The translations under genes were made by a program, and so were the position numbers. A stretch of DNA of 64,000 nt, taken from Candidatus Tayloriibacteriota bacterium. GTDB lineage: Bacteria; Patescibacteriota; Minisyncoccia; Phycocordibacterales; PALSA-1337. This document shows positions 59,246-64,000 of this stretch, in pieces. The stretch lies in assembly GCA_052034805.1 (NCBI GenBank), contig JBPOID010000003.1, positions 3,502 through 67,501 on the forward strand, written 5' to 3'. Positions within the stretch are counted from its first letter, which is position 1. Each line of letters opens with the position of its first letter. Below the pieces are notes generated by a model, which was not told where the DNA came from, made no database searches, and saw only the letters and a list, made by a program, of their open reading frames with translations.

Positions 59246-62200
59246 CTATTGATTAGAGCTTGTATCAGAAGTTGCTGGTACGGTAACTACCGCTTCTGGT
59301 ACTGGAACAGAAGCAGATGTATCAGGAGTTATAGATACTGGAGCTACTTCTGTATTTGTCTGTACTGAATTATTTGTATTAGATATTGTATTGGTATTTG
59401 TATTAACATTATTATCTGTATTTATTACAGTATTTGTCTCTGTCTGATTTTCAGTATTAGGTACTGATGTATTTACTTCTGTATTATTAGAAGAACCAGA
59501 AGATTGACTTGTATTAGGCGTTATAACTGGAGTTGAAGTTGGAGTAGATGTTGAAATAGTTGTAGTTATAGTATTTAATATTGGAGAAACTATTTCTGTA
59601 TTTCCAATATAAGGAGTTGTTGTTGATATTGTTGGTGTTGTTATTATTGGATTTACTATAACTGTACTTGTTGCTGTTGAAGTAGCATTTAATGTATTTG
59701 CTTCTGTATTTACCATATCAGAATCTTTTGAAGTAAATAACTTTGCATTCTTCACAGCGAATGCTGTCCAACTAAATTCTATATCAACAGGTGCTGGTCT
59801 ATTTAGAATAATTGTGAATCCTTTTACACTTCTCTTTGTTATTAGAGATCTTATATCCTTATCAAATATTATATCTTCAATAGATTCTGTAGAAGTAGCT
59901 TCGTCTACACTAATCGAAGCATTAACGATAGGAGTATCTATATATTCTCTATCAAAGACAATATCGACTTTCTTTGCACCCTTCTTTATAAGAGCATTGC
60001 CTGCAGTATCGACGGTAAAGTATGGTCTTCCAAAGAAGATAGTATCAGAAAGTATAGATACCATAGTTGAAGTGGCACCTATAGAATCAACTAACAATCC
60101 TCCAGAGAATAGAGCTTGTTTGCTTATATTTATAGAATCAAATGCTGCAATATTTGCTGTTATAGAACCCTTGAATAAAGCATTTCCAATATTATCAAAT
60201 GACAACAATACAGTCTTTGTAGATGTAGCTATTGTAGGCAATGTAGATGTAGCTTCTGTAGAAGTTGATGAGTCTGTATTTATATCTACAACTGAAGCTA
60301 ATATATTCTTGCTCAAAGAGAATATACCATCATTTCCTAATTCCATAACTATAGAACCATTCTTTATAATAGATGTTTCAAGTGTATTTGTCTTTATGTT
60401 CTTAGCAGATATAGTTATACCTTCTACTGATTCTGATTTTAATATTCTAGTTATAACATTTGAACTTAGAACATCTGATACTGCTGTAATTTTATCTGCA
60501 AATACTTCAGATCTAGCAGAAGCCATGGTATCTCTCTGTTTCTTTACATTTGAAAGATAAGATAAGAGATCTGCTTGATGTGAATCATATATTCCAGAAG
60601 CAAATCCTGCTAATTCATTTGTAGAAGTAGCTATGTCTTGAGGATTAATATCTGAATTAATATTTGAATTAGTATTTGAATCTAGAAGAGATTTCAATTG
60701 ATCACCATTCAAAGCTAGAGAATCATCAGCGGAATCTCCTAGATAATCAACTAGATTTACGAACATTGTTATAGTTGTACATTTTCTATTTGGTATTGCA
60801 ATTCCACCCGCTGGACAATCGACTAGATTTGCAGTGTCAATACCAGATAATGCTTTTCCTATAACATGACCAGCTAAAGTTGCCTTCATAGCATAACCAG
60901 GAATACTTGATGGAGTAAGTTTATCACCTTGTCTTATCATTCCATTTTCTGTTGTAACCTTTACAGGTACACGACCTATAAGAGCTATTGGATAAGAATT
61001 CTCTGTATATGCACCAGCTACGAATCCAGGATCAGTTGAAACAACTCCCATTACATCTCCTTGATATTGATATGTCGTTTTCTTTACACCATGATTATTC
61101 TGTGGATCTATAGCTACAACATCTCCGAAATCTAATTCTTCTTGTGATGTATATCTTTCTGCAAGATCGGCACCAGAAGTATTGAATGTTCCTCCAGTCT
61201 GAGCAAATATATCTCCAGCAGAACTTACGCGGAACATAGATAATCCATCTGATTGCAAATCAATAAGATCTTTATCTTTTGTAACCTTGTATTCATACAA
61301 TACTGGAGTTATAACAGGTCTCTGAGGATAAGCCATAGCAGAACCACCATTGTTATTCCATGTATCAGTATATATACCTCCATAAGATGGGAATGATCTT
61401 CGGAAATTAAAGTTTATAGAAAGCCAAGTATCATTTGGTCCTGGATTTATAAGTCCACCCGATTTTGCAATTTCTCTTGTTGTAGATGTTGACAATGCAG
61501 CTTGAGTAGGAGCGGTTCTAACCTCTGCAGATATACCTCCTAGAGCAGTCATACCGACATTTGACTTCCATACCAAGGTAGAATTTGAATCAAGTTTTGT
61601 ACCCACAGGAGAAAGGTCAAATTGTTCAGATTTATATATACCACTAGGTACCCAACCAGCATCATATGTTTGAACAAGACTAGTTGCAGAAGTTGTAGCA
61701 CCTCCCAATATAATTACGAATTTTCCATCAGATCTTTGGAATGCAACTCCTCCAGAGTTAGCAGTAGCAGAGTTTGCAAGAGTAGGTCCAGCTACAAACG
61801 ATCCTATAGTTGATTGTGGTCCCAAAGCAGTAAGAGCACCAGCCTGTTCTATATAAATATTTGTAGTGTTCTGACCAGCTAGAGCGGCAGTACCAGCACC
61901 TTCTACTATGAGCCATGAACCATCTGGACGAGGTAATGCATAACCACCCAATCCTACTCCATTACTTGATGTAAATGCAGGACCAGTTGTTGTTATTTGG
62001 TTTTGAATAGGATTGTAAACACCAGTACCAGTTGAACCTGCACAAGAAGCAGCTGTAGCACCTCCACGAACTATAATCCATTGTCCATCAGATCTTTGGA
62101 ATGCAAATGCTCCTGGTCCAGTACCTCCAGTGTTTGTAGGAGCTCCAGTAAATGTGAAATCCATAGTATAAGGATCGAAGTTATTCGTAATAGTGTTAGG

Positions 62201-64000
62201 AGTAGGACAAGTTTTACCTCGAGGATATGTAGGCATACCAGGAATAAATAGATATGTACCATTTGGACGAGGCACCCATAGAGATCCAGGACCAACAGCA
62301 GCAAATGTTGCAGCAGTTGTCAGAGGACGAGGTCCAACTGTCATAGTATTATTCACAGGATCATATATAGAAGAATTACTTGTAAGACCTCCATGCATTA
62401 TAAGTACACGTCCATTAGGAAGTGGTATAGCAGAAGCACCGATACCAGCACCAGTTGTACCAGATACACTGGCTAAGTTCGGACCATCTATAAATGTATT
62501 TGCTACTGGATCATATATATTTGTTGTAGAAGTCGCAGCGAAACTACCTTCACCAAGAATAATTAAGAATTTGCCATCTGGCCTCTTGAATGCAAATCCT
62601 CCTGTACCTATAGGTGCTGTAGGAGAAACTGTATTTAGAGTTGTTGTACCAGTTGCTTCATCATATATTTGAGAGTTTGGAATAGATGAACTTGCAGATA
62701 TAATTACGAATTTTCCATCAGGCCTCTTCATAACTATAGTAGTTGAAGCTGTAGGAACATAAAGTCTTGGGGCATTCTGGAATGAGCCATTGTAGAAATT
62801 AGGATTTGTAGCATTTATAGTAGAGCCATATCCAACACCAGCAGCCAAAGCCAATGCATTTGCACGATTCTTATCATTTGTAATATTTATAGCAGCAGGA
62901 CCAGAATCTGGAGCAGTTGAAGAAGATACGGCATTTCCAAAATCAAATTGAGTTCTATGAAGTGATGTACTATTATCTACAACAATTGATGATATAGTTG
63001 GATCAGCATTCACACGACGATATCTGGTTATACCTCCCTTTCTTAATCCCCATTCTTGATCAAGGAATCTCGGTAATTCACGTTGGAATGTAAATTTGAA
63101 TTGAATAAGATTGTCAGCTGTTGTAGTTGCACGTATAAGATCTCCACTATTTCCTATTGGTCTATATTCTGCAGAAGAACAGGAAGATGGACTTGTAGCT
63201 GTTCTTACATAAACTTTAATAGTTCCTTCACTATTTGTAGTCCAATTCAAAGTAGAATCAGGAGAAAGATTTGTACTACTTATACATTCACTTTCATAAT
63301 ATGCATCTTGTTGATTGGCACGATTAGTACCTGTAATAAAGTTCATATCATATATATCCATGGTGTTCTTGAATCCACCATTTATAACAGCATATCTACC
63401 ATCAGGTAACATAAATGCAGTTAGACCATAACCACCAGTATTAGATAGAGTCAAACTAGTATTAGAGAATTGTGGTGCAAGATAATTACTTGTACCAGGT
63501 ATACCAGATCCAGCATCTATAACATTTATCATATTTCCTACTGTGGTACTTGCTGAAAGTAATAGATAATTACCATCTTGTCTCCATATAGATTGAGCCC
63601 CATCAGAAAGTATAGATGTAGGTCCAACACCTAGATCACCAGAGAATCCTCCTGTTGAACCAGTTGTTGTTCCGACAGGTTTGTAAATAAATGATTGAGA
63701 AGCAGGACCTGGTAATGTAAGGAATGTACCATCTTGTCTTCTTATAGAGAATGCTCCATTAGCTATTCTTACTGGCGTAGTAGGTCCTGTAAGCATAGTA
63801 CCTGTAATAATGTTTGAGGCAACTGTGTTTCCAGAATAAGGATTATATACATATGTTGTATTAGTACCTCCTTGATAAATAAGGAAAGTACCATCATCTC
63901 TTTGTAATGCATGTGTACCAGCACCCCAAGTACCAGTTATACCTATACTTACATTTGTATATCCTGCATTTGTTGCAGCAGAAGGGTTATATATACCCCA
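59246..64000 (-). CDS. Giant (>1580 aa) Kelch-type beta-propeller repeat surface protein with Thr/Ser/Asn-rich C-terminal tail; 5' end beyond window edge
   Basis: At least 12 repeats of ~45-50 aa with YDP/YNP...N and R.DG..L(I/V)..GG hallmarks (e.g. FAFQRSDGQWIIVRGG, NIYDPVANTF, SSIYDPVNNTM). The frame stays open upstream of the first Met (63796) to position 64000 and continues in Kelch-like sequence (LQRDDGTFLIYQGG). Last ~170 aa are TSTPTSTPVITPNTSQSS...NTNTNTISNTNN low complexity. Confidence 0.75.
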   Translation of the reverse strand, partial: WGIYNPSAATNAGYTNVSIGITGTWGAGTHALQRDDGTFLIYQGGTNTTYVYNPYSGNTVASNIITGTMLTGPTTPVRIANGAFSIRRQDGTFLTLPGPASQSFIYKPVGTTTGSTGGFSGDLGVGPTSILSDGAQSIWRQDGNYLLLSASTTVGNMINVIDAGSGIPGTSNYLAPQFSNTSLTLSNTGGYGLTAFMLPDGRYAVINGGFKNTMDIYDMNFITGTNRANQQDAYYESECISSTNLSPDSTLNWTTNSEGTIKVYVRTATSPSSCSSAEYRPIGNSGDLIRATTTADNLIQFKFTFQRELPRFLDQEWGLRKGGITRYRRVNADPTISSIVVDNSTSLHRTQFDFGNAVSSSTAPDSGPAAINITNDKNRANALALAAGVGYGSTINATNPNFYNGSFQNAPRLYVPTASTTIVMKRPDGKFVIISASSSIPNSQIYDEATGTTTLNTVSPTAPIGTGGFAFKRPDGKFLIILGEGSFAATSTTNIYDPVANTFIDGPNLASVSGTTGAGIGASAIPLPNGRVLIMHGGLTSNSSIYDPVNNTMTVGPRPLTTAATFAAVGPGSLWVPRPNGTYLFIPGMPTYPRGKTCPTPNTITNNFDPYTMDFTFTGAPTNTGGTGPGAFAFQRSDGQWIIVRGGATAASCAGSTGTGVYNPIQNQITTTGPAFTSSNGVGLGGYALPRPDGSWLIVEGAGTAALAGQNTTNIYIEQAGALTALGPQSTIGSFVAGPTLANSATANSGGVAFQRSDGKFVIILGGATTSATSLVQTYDAGWVPSGIYKSEQFDLSPVGTKLDSNSTLVWKSNVGMTALGGISAEVRTAPTQAALSTSTTREIAKSGGLINPGPNDTWLSINFNFRRSFPSYGGIYTDTWNNNGGSAMAYPQRPVITPVLYEYKVTKDKDLIDLQSDGLSMFRVSSAGDIFAQTGGTFNTSGADLAERYTSQEELDFGDVVAIDPQNNHGVKKTTYQYQGDVMGVVSTDPGFVAGAYTENSYPIALIGRVPVKVTTENGMIRQGDKLTPSSIPGYAMKATLAGHVIGKALSGIDTANLVDCPAGGIAIPNRKCTTITMFVNLVDYLGDSADDSLALNGDQLKSLLDSNTNSNINSDINPQDIATSTNELAGFASGIYDSHQADLLSYLSNVKKQRDTMASARSEVFADKITAVSDVLSSNVITRILKSESVEGITISAKNIKTNTLETSIIKNGSIVMELGNDGIFSLSKNILASVVDINTDSSTSTEATSTLPTIATSTKTVLLSFDNIGNALFKGSITANIAAFDSINISKQALFSGGLLVDSIGATSTMVSILSDTIFFGRPYFTVDTAGNALIKKGAKKVDIVFDREYIDTPIVNASISVDEATSTESIEDIIFDKDIRSLITKRSVKGFTIILNRPAPVDIEFSWTAFAVKNAKLFTSKDSDMVNTEANTLNATSTATSTVIVNPIITTPTISTTTPYIGNTEIVSPILNTITTTISTSTPTSTPVITPNTSQSSGSSNNTEVNTSVPNTENQTETNTVINTDNNVNTNTNTISNTNNSVQTNTEVAPVSITPDTSASVPVPEAVVTVPATSDTSSNQ

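Noticed and set aside
59814-63409. Plus-strand ORFs 59814..60560 (248 aa), 61622..61813, 62193..62672, 63083..63409 and minus 62071..62304
   Set aside because: All fall inside the giant Kelch-repeat gene, whose repetitive, comparatively GC-richer sequence keeps alternative frames open. The translations are low complexity.

Overview
This is a very AT-rich (about 28% GC) bacterial window with tightly packed genes, few intergenic gaps, and no recognisable Shine-Dalgarno motifs upstream of any start codon I checked. The gene content (many glycosyltransferases, a minimal 344-aa pyruvate kinase, a 16S gene with a large internal expansion and degenerate universal-primer sites, cohesin/dockerin-type surface proteins) is most consistent with a reduced-genome, possibly episymbiotic lineage, e.g. 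Candidate Phyla Radiation-like; this is an inference, not established. The window has three parts. (1) Positions 1..32.5 kb hold one large surface-glycan biosynthesis/export island: Wzm/Wzt ABC exporter, about 15 glycosyltransferases (GT2, GT4, GT11 x2, GT17-like, GnT-I-like, exostosin-like, GT-C), six SAM methyltransferase modules, a carbamoyltransferase with SxtJ/SxtK-like small partners, a GMC oxidoreductase, an RmlC-like epimerase and an SDR epimerase. (2) Positions 32.5..51.1 kb are housekeeping: groES/groEL, secG, a peptide-binding ABC transporter protein, RNase J, an MFS transporter, a DedA-PAP2 fusion, two two-component sensors/regulators, a Cas4-like nuclease, cyclophilin, NrnA, gatA, pyk and four tRNAs. 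(3) Positions 51.4..53.1 kb carry a stand-alone 16S rRNA gene on the minus strand with its own terminator and flanking processing stem. Its 3' tail lacks the CCUCC anti-Shine-Dalgarno sequence, and it carries a ~160-nt helix expansion. (4) Positions 53.3..64.0 kb encode a cell-surface assembly locus on the minus strand: three tandem paralogous cohesin-like, C-terminally membrane-anchored proteins; a secreted protein ending in a dockerin module; three tandem small membrane-anchored paralogs; and a giant (>1580 aa, 5'-truncated by the window edge) Kelch-type beta-propeller repeat protein with a Thr/Ser/Asn-rich tail. The cohesin-dockerin/Kelch surface locus and the anti-SD-less 16S with SD-less genes are the most unusual observations. 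No CRISPR array, transposase or prophage gene was seen.
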